Source: Pirellulales bacterium (lineage in GTDB: Bacteria; Planctomycetota; Planctomycetia; Pirellulales; JBGAPH01). Taken from it: a DNA stretch of 64,000 nucleotides. Position numbers and translations under genes: made by a program. Positions within the stretch are counted from its first letter, which is position 1. Each line of letters starts with the position of its first letter. The stretch covers positions 31,491 to 95,490 of the forward strand of contig JBGAPH010000017.1 in NCBI GenBank assembly GCA_044221365.1, written 5' to 3'. Below are positions 30,294 through 42,100 of this stretch, one piece after another. Under the pieces are notes generated by a model, which had not been told where the DNA came from, made no database searches, and worked only from the letters and a program-made list of their open reading frames with translations.

Positions 30294-30896
30294 CGCCGAG
30301 GCGCCCCCGAGCGCCTCTCCGTTGTACGATCGTGCGGCACAGCGTAAGCCAGCGTGTGCCGTTCCGCGGCAGCTTGCAGAGCGCGCGTGTGAGCTCCTTC
30401 GAGAGGGCGCCATCCCTCGCTGAGAGGAGTTCCCGGCTTGGGACGCCAAACAACCCCAAGCACGGCCCGCAAAAAACTGCGCAAAAAAGACGTAAGTGGC
30501 TGCCAGTGTTGATTTGCCGCGATATGGCCTAGCGCGATCTCTCATCTGCTGCGCGCTCGTGGCACGGGCCTTGCTTTCCTCTACCAGCGTCAGCAAACTC
30601 CCCATCGCTTGTAGGAAGACAAATCCCATTCAATGCCGTGAGTTCTCGCGGCGAAAAAACGGCGGTTTCAGCCGGTTCCTCACGGGCTGAAACTCGGGTC
30701 ATGGAAGCCGCAGTCGCCTGAAGGTTGTCGATCCCGCGGATCGAGCCAGGCGATTGGCCGAGCGAGGTTGGCCGAGCGCGGCTCGGCACGATCGCGGAAA
30801 AACATGAGCGCGGCCTTCATCCCGGAGTGCGGCGGGTCACTGCCTGCTCGCTGCTTCACCACCTTGTCGCACGACACGTCCGCCTCCGGTTTGGGC

Positions 30897-30936
30897 GGGG
30901 CCCGGTTCGCCGGGCCCCCCCCCGCGTTGTTTTTCT
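30897..30936 (+). terminator. Intrinsic-terminator-like hairpin in the gene-free region upstream of rpoD
   Basis: GGGGCCCGG TTCG CCGGGCCCC followed by CCCCCGCGTTGTTTTTCT. No convincing ORF ends just upstream. Confidence 0.45.
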
Positions 30937-31211
30937 CGCGCGCTGTGTTTCCGCGTCGATGTCGCCCGGCGGCCACACTCGGCGCCGCCGTTCGTTGCGA
31001 ATTGGCCACGTTCCCCCGCCCGCAGGGCCCGGCAGGGACCTTGGGGCGGGAAGAGTAAGGTCTGTTCCGTCAATGGCTTAGCGGCTGCCCTCGCCTGAGC
31101 ATCGCTCCCCCGGCACTGAAACTGCGAAACCACAGCGGCTACCAGGCTTGCCCCCATCGAGGGCGCTCGGCCGTCGCCTACGAGATCTCAAGCGCGAGAA
31201 AGGAACGACCC

Positions 31212-32864
<1,653 letters not shown>

Positions 32865-33065
32865 ATCCTCGAACCAAGGGCCTTCTATTCGAACGGTCGC
32901 GGCAGAGGTTTGGGAAACGCCCGAGTCTCCCCGGGTTGAGCTTGCTAGCGAAGGTTTCTCCTAGGTTCGACTGTGTTATAGTAGCGGTTTCCCGGCGAAG
33001 TCGGGATTGCCGGCCGCCTTCCTTTTGCCTCCAGACGACAGCATCACGAGCGAGGATCGACAGCG

Positions 33066-33839
33066 ATGACCAGTGAAGTTCGGGCAGCGCGGGCCGTGAA
33101 GCAGCACGATTCGCTCGAGAGCGTGTCGGCGCGGGCATTCGAAGTGGGGCGCAAGCTCGACCTTTCGGCCTGCCGTTTCGAGCCGGACTTCATGACCAAG
33201 TGGCGCCACCAATACTGGCGCCTGTGCGACGCCTGGAACGTGGGGCCGATCGGCAAGCGGGTGCTCAAACCGCTCGTGCCGGTGCTCTCGCCCTTTCTGC
33301 CCAACCCGCAGATTCGCCTGGAAGTGGTTCAGTACTACTACTTTCTCGCCGGGTTGGTCGAAACGCTCGAACTGCGGCAGATCGTCGAGGTGGGCACCTA
33401 TTTCGGCGGCTCCACGCTCGCCATGCGGATCGCTCAACGCGGTCTGCCCGATCCGGACGACACCCGGCTGGTGACGGTCGACATCAAGCATTTCCGTCCG
33501 AGCGTGCTGCTGCCGGAGCACGGAGTGAACCGCGTTTTCGGCGACTCCGTGGCCGCCGACACCCTCCGCAAGGTGCAAGAGGGGGTGCGCGGTTCGATCG
33601 ACATGCTGTACCTCGACGCCACCCACTTCTACGACCAGGTGAAGGCCGAGTTCCAACGCTACTGCGAACTCTTCCAGCCGACCTGGGTAGTGCTCGACGA
33701 CATTCACCTGAATGAATCGATGGAGCGCTTCTGGCAGGAAGTCGTCGAGGACTTCGGTCCGCTGGCCTTCGACGCCACGGCGGCTGCGCACCGCGAACCG
33801 ACGGCCGGCTTCGGCATCGTCCACTACGGCGGCCGCTAG
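33066..33839 (+). CDS. Class I SAM-dependent methyltransferase-like protein
   Basis: Motif I-like IVEVGTYFGGSTLAM, then VTVDI.., MLYLDATHFYD. It resembles the O-methyltransferase / CmcI-type fold. Confidence 0.6.
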   Translation: MTSEVRAARAVKQHDSLESVSARAFEVGRKLDLSACRFEPDFMTKWRHQYWRLCDAWNVGPIGKRVLKPLVPVLSPFLPNPQIRLEVVQYYYFLAGLVETLELRQIVEVGTYFGGSTLAMRIAQRGLPDPDDTRLVTVDIKHFRPSVLLPEHGVNRVFGDSVAADTLRKVQEGVRGSIDMLYLDATHFYDQVKAEFQRYCELFQPTWVVLDDIHLNESMERFWQEVVEDFGPLAFDATAAAHREPTAGFGIVHYGGR

Positions 33840-33849
33840 GCCCCTAGCC

Positions 33850-34956
33850 CTAGTGATCGTAGCCGCCGGCCAGGTCGCGCACGTAATCGAGCGCTTCTTC
33901 GAGCTCCGAAGCTTCCACGCCTTTCTTGCGCCCGCGCAGGTCGCACAGCGAGAGCAGCACCAAGTTCTCGTAGTCTTCCGACTCCTCGAGCCTTCGCCGG
34001 GCACGCATTCCCAACGTCCCCTCGCGGGCCTGGTGGGCTTCCATGTGGTGCTCGATGAGCCAAGCGGTCCGCGGGCTGATGTGCCCCTCCAGGGCCTCGA
34101 GCCCGGCCGCCACGTGGGCCCGCGGGTCGATCGCCTTGCCCACGTCATGCAAGAGCGCGGCCAGCAGGAACTCTTCGTCGTAGGGCAGTTCCTGGCAAGC
34201 CAGGTCGAACACTTGCAGGCTGTGATAGAGGGCGTCTCCCTCGGGATGCCACTCCGGCTTGCCCTGCACCTGCTCGAGCGGCAGGAGCAGCATGTGGTAG
34301 ATCTGGAATCGATCGACCTTGCTTTCGGCCTGCAGCGTTTCTTGATCGAGGGCCACGCCGGGATACTCGCGCTCGAGCAATTCCTCCAGCTCGGCGATGC
34401 CAGCCCGTTCGATGGGGCCGCCCGTAATCGAACTCTTGAAGACGTAGCTCGCCAGCGACGTGGCGTAGACCGTGAGTTCGAAGTCGAAGCGGTCGCGCAC
34501 GTGAATGTGCGTGAACACCCGCTCCTCCCCCTGCTTCCGCACCCGCTTGTGCTCGACGTCGAACGCCAGGCCTTCGTCTTCGAGCACGGCCGCGATTCCT
34601 TCGAGCCCGTCGGCGAAGACGTGGAGGTCGATGTCGGAGCCGTGGCGGACGTGCCCGGTGAGCGTGCTGCCGATCAACCGCGGGCGATACGCCCGCAAGA
34701 GGCGCATGAGCCGCAGGGCCTCGAGCCGCATGTCGCGGAGGTGGTCGACGCGCCGCTCCCCCTCGTTCATGCGAGCCAGCAATTCGATTTGCTCGCGGAT
34801 TTCGGCGTTGCTCGGCAAATCGGAGGGTTTGACCCAGCCGAGGCAAATCCGCCGGCCGGCCTTCATCTTGGCCCGGTAATACTCCGACTCCTGCCGGGAG
34901 TACATCAAGCGGGCGGCCTCATAGGCGATCTGCCGCCGCACCTTGTGAGCAGGCAT
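33850..34956 (-). CDS. Minimal nucleotidyltransferase domain + HD phosphohydrolase domain protein
   Basis: NTase motif IGSTLTGHVRHGSDIDLHVF. HD motif HPEGDALYHSLQV...LLAALLHDVGK. ATG at 34956; the upstream part of the track ORF is rejected. Confidence 0.75.
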   Translation of the reverse strand: MPAHKVRRQIAYEAARLMYSRQESEYYRAKMKAGRRICLGWVKPSDLPSNAEIREQIELLARMNEGERRVDHLRDMRLEALRLMRLLRAYRPRLIGSTLTGHVRHGSDIDLHVFADGLEGIAAVLEDEGLAFDVEHKRVRKQGEERVFTHIHVRDRFDFELTVYATSLASYVFKSSITGGPIERAGIAELEELLEREYPGVALDQETLQAESKVDRFQIYHMLLLPLEQVQGKPEWHPEGDALYHSLQVFDLACQELPYDEEFLLAALLHDVGKAIDPRAHVAAGLEALEGHISPRTAWLIEHHMEAHQAREGTLGMRARRRLEESEDYENLVLLSLCDLRGRKKGVEASELEEALDYVRDLAGGYDH

Positions 34957-35118
34957 GTTGCATGCGCCGAAACAAAGCCCATCGAAGCGGCGCAGGGCGA
35001 ATAGGAAGGGGTCTAACTCAAGTATAGGTGGGTGTTGGGCGGGCTGGAAGAGTGGCCCGTAGGCGGCGCGCAATCGGAGAACCTGGGGGGCGGGCCGCAC
35101 TTCGCCTATGATAAGAGC

Positions 35119-36156
35119 ATGACTGACGCCGAGCTTGCCCGCTATTCCCGCCAAACCCGCTTCGCCCCGCTAGGAGAGGAAGGCCAGCGGCGGTTGGCAG
35201 CCGGGCGGGCTCTGATTTGCGGTTGCGGGGCTCTCGGCTCCGTCATCGCCAACACGCTGGCCCGCGCCGGCGTCGGCAAGCTGCGCATCGTCGACCGCGA
35301 TTATCCCGATCTCTCGAACCTGCAGCGGCAGGTGCTCTTCGACGAGGCCGATGTCGCCGCCGGCTTGCCCAAGGCGGTGGCCGCGGCCGAGAAGCTGCGG
35401 CAAGCGAACTCGAGCATCGAGATCGAGCCGGTCGTGGCCGACATCGACCACACGAACATCGTCGAGCTCTGCCAAGGCGTCGCCGTGATCGTCGACGGCA
35501 CGGACAACTTCGAAACGCGGTTCCTCCTCAACGACGCGGCGCACCGGCTCGGCATCCCCTGGGTCTACGGCGGCTGCCTAGGCGCCGAGGGGCAATCGAT
35601 GACGATCCTGCCGGGGCGGACGCCGTGTTTGCGGTGCCTGATGCCGGAGCCCCCCGACCCCGGCACGACTCCCACCTGCGACACGGCCGGCATCTTGGCC
35701 GGGGCGATTGGCGTGGTGGCGTCGCTGCAGTCGGTTGAAGCCCTCAAGATTCTCAGCGGCCGTCTCGAAGCGGTGAGCCCTTACCTCACGGTCGTCGACC
35801 TCTGGCACAACACGCAGCGGCAGTTGCGCGTGGCCACCCTGCAAGGCCAGGCCGATTGCCCGGCCTGCTCGGGCAAGGAGTTTCCGTGGCTGGCCGGCGA
35901 ACGCGGCAGCCAGAGTGCGGTTCTCTGCGGCCGCAACGCTGTGCAGCTTCGCAACCCGACGAGCGGGCGGCTCTCGCTCGATGATTTGGCGCTGCGCTTG
36001 GCTTCCGCCGGGAAGATTACCCGCAACCCCTATCTACTGCGGTTGTCGGTGGAGGAGTACACGCTCACGGTGTTCCCCGACGGCCGCGCGATCGTGGTGG
36101 GCACGGAAGACCCGGCGGTGGCGCGGGGGGTTTACGCCCGCTACGTCGGCGCGTAG
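35119..36156 (+). CDS. thiF: ThiF/MoeB-family E1-like adenylyltransferase (long, Bacillus ThiF-type)
   Basis: RYSRQTRFAPLGEEGQRRLAAGRALICGCGALGSVIANTLARAGVGKLRIVDRDYPDLSNLQRQ, CxxC pairs (CLRC, CPAC). The C-terminal ..AVLCGRNAVQLRNP..NPYLLRL..FPDGRAIVVGTEDPAVARGVYARYVGA resembles long Firmicute ThiF. Confidence 0.82.
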   Translation: MTDAELARYSRQTRFAPLGEEGQRRLAAGRALICGCGALGSVIANTLARAGVGKLRIVDRDYPDLSNLQRQVLFDEADVAAGLPKAVAAAEKLRQANSSIEIEPVVADIDHTNIVELCQGVAVIVDGTDNFETRFLLNDAAHRLGIPWVYGGCLGAEGQSMTILPGRTPCLRCLMPEPPDPGTTPTCDTAGILAGAIGVVASLQSVEALKILSGRLEAVSPYLTVVDLWHNTQRQLRVATLQGQADCPACSGKEFPWLAGERGSQSAVLCGRNAVQLRNPTSGRLSLDDLALRLASAGKITRNPYLLRLSVEEYTLTVFPDGRAIVVGTEDPAVARGVYARYVGA

Positions 36157-36195
36157 TCCCCTCTCCCTGTGGGAGAGGGCTAGGGTGAGGGTCGG
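36157..36195 (+). repeat. REP-like palindromic element, family A
   Basis: TCCCCTCTCCCTGTGGGAGAGGGCTAGGGTGAGGGTCGG, directly after the thiF stop. Confidence 0.65.
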
Positions 36196-36349
36196 CAACG
36201 CTGGTCGGTGCGCCTGACAATCAGCCTGGCGAGCGGCCCGGCGTAAGCCGGCCGATTCCACCGTTGCGAGTCGAACTCCGCTGGTTCTTCAGCCAGCTCA
36301 CGCTGGCCGCTCGCCGTGCGGTGGCGCGCGCGGGAGGGTGGTTGGCAAA

Positions 36350-36390
36350 TCACCCTCACCCCCGGCCCCTCTCTCACAGGCGAGGAGAGA
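36350..36390 (-). repeat. REP-like palindromic element, family A (inverted copy)
   Basis: The reverse complement reads CTCTCCTCGCCTGTGAGAGAGGGGCCGGGGGTGAGGGTGG. Together with 36157 it forms an inverted pair between two convergent genes. Confidence 0.6.
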
Positions 36391-36395
36391 ACACC

Positions 36396-37580
36396 CTACT
36401 TCGCCATCTCCCCTGCCCGCAGGTTCCGGAACGACAAGTTCGTCGTCGGGTCGTGCCCCTGGAGGATGAACGTGCCGGGGGCGAGCCGGAGGCCTTGGCG
36501 GGGGTTGTCGTGCGGTGGGCGGGTATCGGTCCAGTCGGTGACTTGGATGCCGTTCACCCACACCGCGATGTGCGGACCGGTCGCCACGATCGTCTTGGAG
36601 AGCCACTGGAAGTCGTCGGACACCACCTTGCGGGCATTCTGCCGGCGGTAGATCGCGCCCGTGCCGCCGTCGGCTGGTTTGGTGCGGTCGCCGTCTTTCA
36701 CGGCGTTGTGGATCTGGCTCTCGTAGCCGTTGGTCTTTTCGCCGGGAATGCTGCGGAAGAAGACACCGGAGTTGAGCCCCTTGCCGTTCACGAAGGCCTC
36801 ACACTGGAACACGAAGTCGCCGAAGCGGGCGTCGCTTTCGAGTTGGCCGGCGCCGTTCTCGATGTGAATCCAGCCCTCCGGCGTCACCGAGAAGACGCTT
36901 TTGCCACCGGGGAACACGGTCCAGCCGGTGAGGTCGCGGCCGTTGAACAAAGACTCGAGCCCCAGCGGCTTGAGCTTCACGTTGCGGAACTCCACCGGAC
37001 CCGCGTTGAGTTGCAGACCAATGCGGCCCCGGCGCAGCGGCTTGGGATCGGTGTACTCGAGCACCTGCCGGCCGTCGAGCGCCACGGTGTGCTTGGCGCC
37101 TTCGGCCCGCACCTCGAAGGTTTGCCACTCGCCGGTGTGCTCCGCCCCCTCAGCCTTCTGGCGGCCGACGAAGCCGCCGGTGGTGAAGGGGCTGACGCCG
37201 GGGCCGGCGATGTTCAACTCGTAGCAATCGACCTCGGGGTTCGTGGGCTGCGGCGGCGTGCGGAGGAAGACGCCGGAGTTAGTGCTGGCCGGAGCACGGA
37301 AGTCGACGCGGAGCACGTAGTCGCCGAAGTCGCTGGTGGTGGCGAGCAGTCCCTTCTCGCCGGACGTCACCTTGATCGACCCGTCTTCCACGTGCCAGTC
37401 GGCCTTGTCGGCACCTTCCCAGCCGAAGAGGGTCTCGCCGTCGAAGAGCAGGACCCAACCGTCGGCGAGCTCCTCGGGGGTGAGGGTGTTTTGCTCAGCG
37501 GCCGGGGCCGTGGGAGCGAGGAGCGCGAGCAGCAGGAAGGCGAGGACAGCGCGGAAGGGGCGGGCACGCAGGAAGGGCAT
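36396..37580 (-). CDS. Secreted protein with two DUF1080 (3-keto-disaccharide hydrolase-like, ConA-like) domains
   Basis: Signal peptide. LADGWVLLFDGETLFGWEG..W.VEDG.I; FGDYVLRVDFR..NSGVFLR; second copy FGDFVFQCEAF..NSGVFFR; GTFILQGHDPTTNLSFRNLR. Confidence 0.8.
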   Translation of the reverse strand: MPFLRARPFRAVLAFLLLALLAPTAPAAEQNTLTPEELADGWVLLFDGETLFGWEGADKADWHVEDGSIKVTSGEKGLLATTSDFGDYVLRVDFRAPASTNSGVFLRTPPQPTNPEVDCYELNIAGPGVSPFTTGGFVGRQKAEGAEHTGEWQTFEVRAEGAKHTVALDGRQVLEYTDPKPLRRGRIGLQLNAGPVEFRNVKLKPLGLESLFNGRDLTGWTVFPGGKSVFSVTPEGWIHIENGAGQLESDARFGDFVFQCEAFVNGKGLNSGVFFRSIPGEKTNGYESQIHNAVKDGDRTKPADGGTGAIYRRQNARKVVSDDFQWLSKTIVATGPHIAVWVNGIQVTDWTDTRPPHDNPRQGLRLAPGTFILQGHDPTTNLSFRNLRAGEMAK

Positions 37581-37668
37581 GACGGATCAACGAAGGGTCG
37601 GTGGAAAGGCTGTAATGGCCTTCCTAGTCTAACGACCAGCGAGCGGCCGCGGCACTTCCCCAGGTTCT

Positions 37669-37708
37669 GCACAGGCTGGAAGCCTGTGCCACGAGTGTAG
37701 CCTGTGCC
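37669..37708. repeat. REP-like palindrome, family D (GCACAGGCTGGAAGCCTGTGCC)
   Basis: CACAGGCT GGA AGCCTGTG hairpin, followed by a partial repeat TAGCCTGTGCC, in a divergent intergenic region. Confidence 0.5.
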
Positions 37709-38029
37709 TGAACCTAGTGCTGCGTCACAGCTAGAAGTTCGGGTTGCCCCTCCGATACTAGCCCGCAGCGCAAGCAAGGGAGAGCCACGTTTCCCTGGCC
37801 GAGCCTCGCAGACCCCTGCACGGGCCGGGCGGCATTTTCGGCCAGCGCGCCCCTTCCAGCCTGTCTGGGCCGCCAGGGAACCCAAGGCCTTGAAGGCCCC
37901 GCCCTACTCCAGGTAGCAGGGTTTTCGTAGGTCGGCTAAACTACCACCGCGCGGTCATTGCCCCAGGCTGGTCGATGGGGCTGGGCAGAACGGCCGGGCC
38001 AACGTTTGTCCGTCTACCCGCGGGAGGGG

Positions 38030-39196
38030 ATGCCCTTGGCCGAGCCGGTCCTTCGATTCCTGCACGCCAGCGACCTGCGTCTGCACGAGCCGCTGACCGG
38101 GCCGATCGACCCGCCGGAATTCCTGCGCACGGCGCTGGTCGAAGCCCCCTACGACGCGGCTCGCCGGGTGTTCGACGCGGCCCTCGAAAACAAGGTCGAC
38201 TTCCTGCTGCTCACCGGCGACACGGTTGACTACGACGCCGCCGGCCCGCGGAGCCTGGTGTTCCTGGGCGATCAGTTCGCTCGCCTGGAGCGCGAAGGAG
38301 TCGCGGTCTACTGGCTGGCGGCCGAAGACGCGGCCGAGCTTTGGCCTGCCGAACTGCCGCTATCGCGCAACGTGGTCCGCGTGGGCCCGGGGCTCGTCGA
38401 GCACGTCCATCGCCGCGCCGGCGCAGCCGCTGCCCGCATCATGACGGCCGAGGCGGTGCTGGCCCGCCGTGTGCCCGCCGCTCGATCCACCGAACCGCTG
38501 CCGCCGCTCGTGGCCCTGGCCGGCAATGATCCGCCGCAGCGTTTCGAGGGGGAGTTGGTGCCGCGGTACTGGGCGCTGGCCGGCTGCTCGGAACGCCGCA
38601 ATGTGTTGGCCGGCCCCACCCAGGCCCACGACCCCGGCAGTCCGCAAGGCCGCACGCTCGACGAAGTGGGCGCCCACGGCTGCACGCTCGTCGAAATCGA
38701 TCGCGCGGGGGAGACGACGCTGCGGATCGTGCCGACCGACGTTTGCCGCTGGGTGCAACACGCTGTGGAGCTCGAGCGGCCGACGAACGAGGCCCAGATC
38801 GAACGCCTCCTGCACGACCGCGTGGCGACGCTGCGGCAGTCGAGCGGCCCCCGCGAAACGCTAGTCCACTGGACGGTGCGGGCCACCAAGGCCGCCGCCA
38901 CGCTCCGCTGGCACGACGCCTTTGCCCGCACCGCGATCGACCGCCTGAATCAAGCGCACGCGGGTTCATCTCCGGCCGTGTTCACCTGCGGGCTCGAGCT
39001 CGAGGTTGCCGAGCCGGAACGCGCGACCAACCCTGAATCGTTCTTCGGGCAATTCGAACTGGCGCTCGAGGAGCTGACCGCCGAAGAACTCGAGACGGCC
39101 GACGACGTACCGGTCGAACTCGAGCCGCCCCGCATCATGGCCCGCGCCGCCCGCTTGGGCCGCAGCCTGCTGGTGGGCGAGGAGCCGGCGCGATGA
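38030..39196 (+). CDS. Calcineurin-like phosphoesterase, SbcD/SbcF(YhaO)-like, with divergent metal-binding motifs
   Basis: ATG after GGGAGGGG. LRFLHASDLRLHEP, FLLLTGDTVDYD, LVALAGNDPP, GAHGCTLVEI. The stop overlaps the next start (ATGA). Confidence 0.68.
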   Translation: MPLAEPVLRFLHASDLRLHEPLTGPIDPPEFLRTALVEAPYDAARRVFDAALENKVDFLLLTGDTVDYDAAGPRSLVFLGDQFARLEREGVAVYWLAAEDAAELWPAELPLSRNVVRVGPGLVEHVHRRAGAAAARIMTAEAVLARRVPAARSTEPLPPLVALAGNDPPQRFEGELVPRYWALAGCSERRNVLAGPTQAHDPGSPQGRTLDEVGAHGCTLVEIDRAGETTLRIVPTDVCRWVQHAVELERPTNEAQIERLLHDRVATLRQSSGPRETLVHWTVRATKAAATLRWHDAFARTAIDRLNQAHAGSSPAVFTCGLELEVAEPERATNPESFFGQFELALEELTAEELETADDVPVELEPPRIMARAARLGRSLLVGEEPAR

Positions 39197-42100
39197 TCAT
39201 TCGCAAGCTGCGGGTTGATCGCTTCGGCGCCTGGCGCGACCTCGAGCTCGGCCCCCTCGACGATGGGCTGCACGTCTTCTACGGCCCGAACGAAGCCGGC
39301 AAGACGACGCTGCTGCACTTTCTGCGGGCCATGCTGTTTGGCTTTTCCGCGGAGCGCCGCGAGCGTTACGGCGCGAGCGTCGGGCCCGAGGGGGAAGAGC
39401 GCGACGTCGGCGGCTCGCTCGAACTCGAACTCGAGGGCGACACGCTGCGGCTCGCCCGCCACGACCACGAGCCGCACGAAGCCGGCGCGCAAGGTCGGCT
39501 GCTGCTCGCCACCGAGCTGGGGGACTCGCGCTCGGCGCTCGATTGGGCACGGCTGCGTGGGCCGCTCGACGAGGAAACGTACACGCGGGTCTTCGCCATC
39601 GGCCTGCACGAGTTGCAGGAGTTGGGCGTGCTCAACGACGCCCAGTCGTCGCGCTGGCTCTTCGACATGTCGGCCGGCCTCGAGCACGTGGGACTGCCCG
39701 AAGTGTTGGGGGAACTGCGCCATGCCAGCGCGCGGCTGTGGGGCGGGGCGGAACGCGCAGGTTTGCTGCCGCGGCTGTTGGCCGAACGCGAGAACCTGGT
39801 GCAGAGCATTCACGATCTGCGCGGGCAAACCACCGAATACCTGCGGCTGGCTGCGCGGCGCGAGGAGCTGCAGGAACAGCTCGAGCGACTCGAGGACGAG
39901 CGCGGCGGCTGGACGCGGCGGCTGCGCACGGCCGAGTCGGCCGAACACTTGCACGAGCGCTGGCTGCGCCGCCGCGCCGCGGAGAACGAACTGCAGATGC
40001 TGGGCCAGCTTCCGACTTTTCCGGTCGACGGCCTCGCGCGGCTCGACGAGCTGAATGCCCGCATTCGGAAGCGGCGGCGCGAACTGCAGGTCTGGCGGCG
40101 GCGGCACGGCAAGGCGCGGCAGCGGCTAAAGGGGCTGGCGCTGAACCGCCCTTTAGTGGACAACGCGGCGCGAATCCTGGCTCTCGTCGAACAGCAGCCG
40201 CGGATGCGGGAGCTCGCCGCGCAGTTGGCCGGCGTGCGCCGCGATCCGCCGGCCCCGCCCCCTTCGCCGCCCGTTCCTCCGCCGCACGCCAAGGGGCTCA
40301 AGTCGCCGCCGGTTGCCTTGCCGGCGTGGCACGCCCGCTTGGGCCACCTGACGCCCGAAACGCTGAAGCGGCTGCGGTCCGCCGCCAAGGCCCTGCGCCG
40401 CGCTAGCAAAGCCGCGCGCGAGGCCGGCGAAGCGCACGCCGCTGCCCAGGCCGAGCTCGCGGCCGCGGGCCTCCAAGCACGCTCTGAGGAGCACGAGGGG
40501 GAAACGCTCGACGAGCGGATTGCCCGGCTCGGCGAGCTCGCCTCGCGGCTGCGGAAGCGCGCCCAACTCGAAGATCGCTACGACCAACTCGGCAAGCAGC
40601 GCAAGGAGCTCCGTGAGTACAGCCGCGAGCTGCTCGAGCGGCAGTTGCTCCCGCCCGTGCTCCTGTGGGGCCTGGGCGCGGCGGTAGCCGCCAGCGGGGC
40701 GATGATCCTCGGCGGCTGGCTGCTTCACTCATGGTTCTTTGGCTTTCTCGGGGTGGCCGGCCTGATCATTTCGGCAGGCGTCAAAGTCTGGGTCGATCAA
40801 CAGGCTCGGCAAGAATCGCAGGACTGCGCTGATCAGCTCGAGAACGTCGAACAGGAATTGGCCTCGGCCGGCAATCAGCGCGAAGCGCTCGATCAGCAGC
40901 TCCCCGCAGGGCATGGACCCTGGGCCGTGCGGCTGCAGGCCGCCGAACGTGAGCTGGCCGCCGTCGAAGGCCAACTGCCGCTGCGGGCACGGCAATCGGC
41001 CCAGCGCGCGCAGCTCGATGTGACGGTCTCCGCCGCTGAAAAAGCGCTCCGCGAGCGCAAGGCCCGCCGCCAACAATGGAAGCAGGCCTTACAGCGAGCC
41101 GGCTTGCCAGAAGACTTCCGCCCCGGCGCGCTCGCGGAGCTGCGCCGCGCTTGGCTCGAGCATCGCGCGGAGGCGGAACGCGCCGCGCGTGGCAAAGCCG
41201 ACCAGGCGACGCGGGAGCAAGAATTCCGCGGGTTCGCCGACCGCGTGGCCAAGCTGGCGACCGATGTCGGCCTGGCCGCCGCGCCCACCGATCCGCTCGA
41301 AAAGCTAGCGCGTTTGGCCGCCGATCTCGCGGCTGCCGAAGCGGCTCGCCTCGATTGGCGGAAGCGCAAGAAGCGGGTCGCGCTCGCAACCCGCCGCCGC
41401 CGCAAGGCCGCCCGCGGAGTGGCCAGCGCCAAGACGCGCCGCCGGGCCCTGCTGGCCGGCGCCGGCACGCAAGACGAGGCCCAGTTCCGCCGGCTCGCCG
41501 CGCAGCATGCCCAGGCCGAGGGGCTGCGGCGCGAGCTGACCGCCCTGCGCGAGGAATTGTCGGACGCGGCCGGCGGCGAGCTCGAAGCGGTTCTGGCCGC
41601 GCTCGATGCTTCGCCCGATCGCCGGCAGATCGTCGCCGAGCGCGATCAACTGGCCGAGCGCGAACGAGACCTTGCCGAGCGCATCCAATCGCTGGCCGAA
41701 GAGCGGGGCCGCGTGGGCCAGCAGATGGAGCGGCTGGCGGCCGATCGCAGCTTGCCGCGAGCCCGCGTCGACCTGGCTGCGCTCGATCGCCGCATCGTTC
41801 AGTCGGCCGAAGACTACCGCGTGCAGTCGCTCACCGCTCGGCTCATCGAGCAGGTCCGCGACCGCTATGAGCAGGAGCGGCAGCCGGTCGTGCTGCAAGC
41901 GGCCTCGGCCTGGTTCAAGCAGCTGACGGGCGATCGCTATGCCCGCGTGTGGACTCCGCTGGGCGAACGAGTGCTGCGGGTCGACGCGGCCGACGGCCAA
42001 ACGTTGTTGGTCGAAGCCCTCAGCCGGGGCACCCGCGAGCAGCTCTTCTTGGCGCTGCGCCTCGCGCTCATCGAGCGGCTCGCGCAAGCAGGCACGCGGT

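Noticed and set aside
34957-35118. TPP riboswitch upstream of thiF
   Set aside because: The conserved CUGAGA and ACCUGAUCUGGAUAAUGCCAGCG-type elements are not present in the 162-nt spacer.
33850-36156. NTase + E1 pair as a CBASS-type (CD-NTase/Cap2) defence operon
   Set aside because: The E1 is collinear with ordinary long ThiF/MoeB enzymes and has no E2 fusion. I found no JAB protein and no effector gene. The NTase is a minimal MNT-type domain fused to HD, not a CD-NTase-like fold as far as motifs show.
33712-37700. ORFs 33712..35004 (+) and 36264..37700 (+)
   Set aside because: They are antisense to the NTase-HD and DUF1080 genes, both of which have clear motifs. I see no independent support for them.
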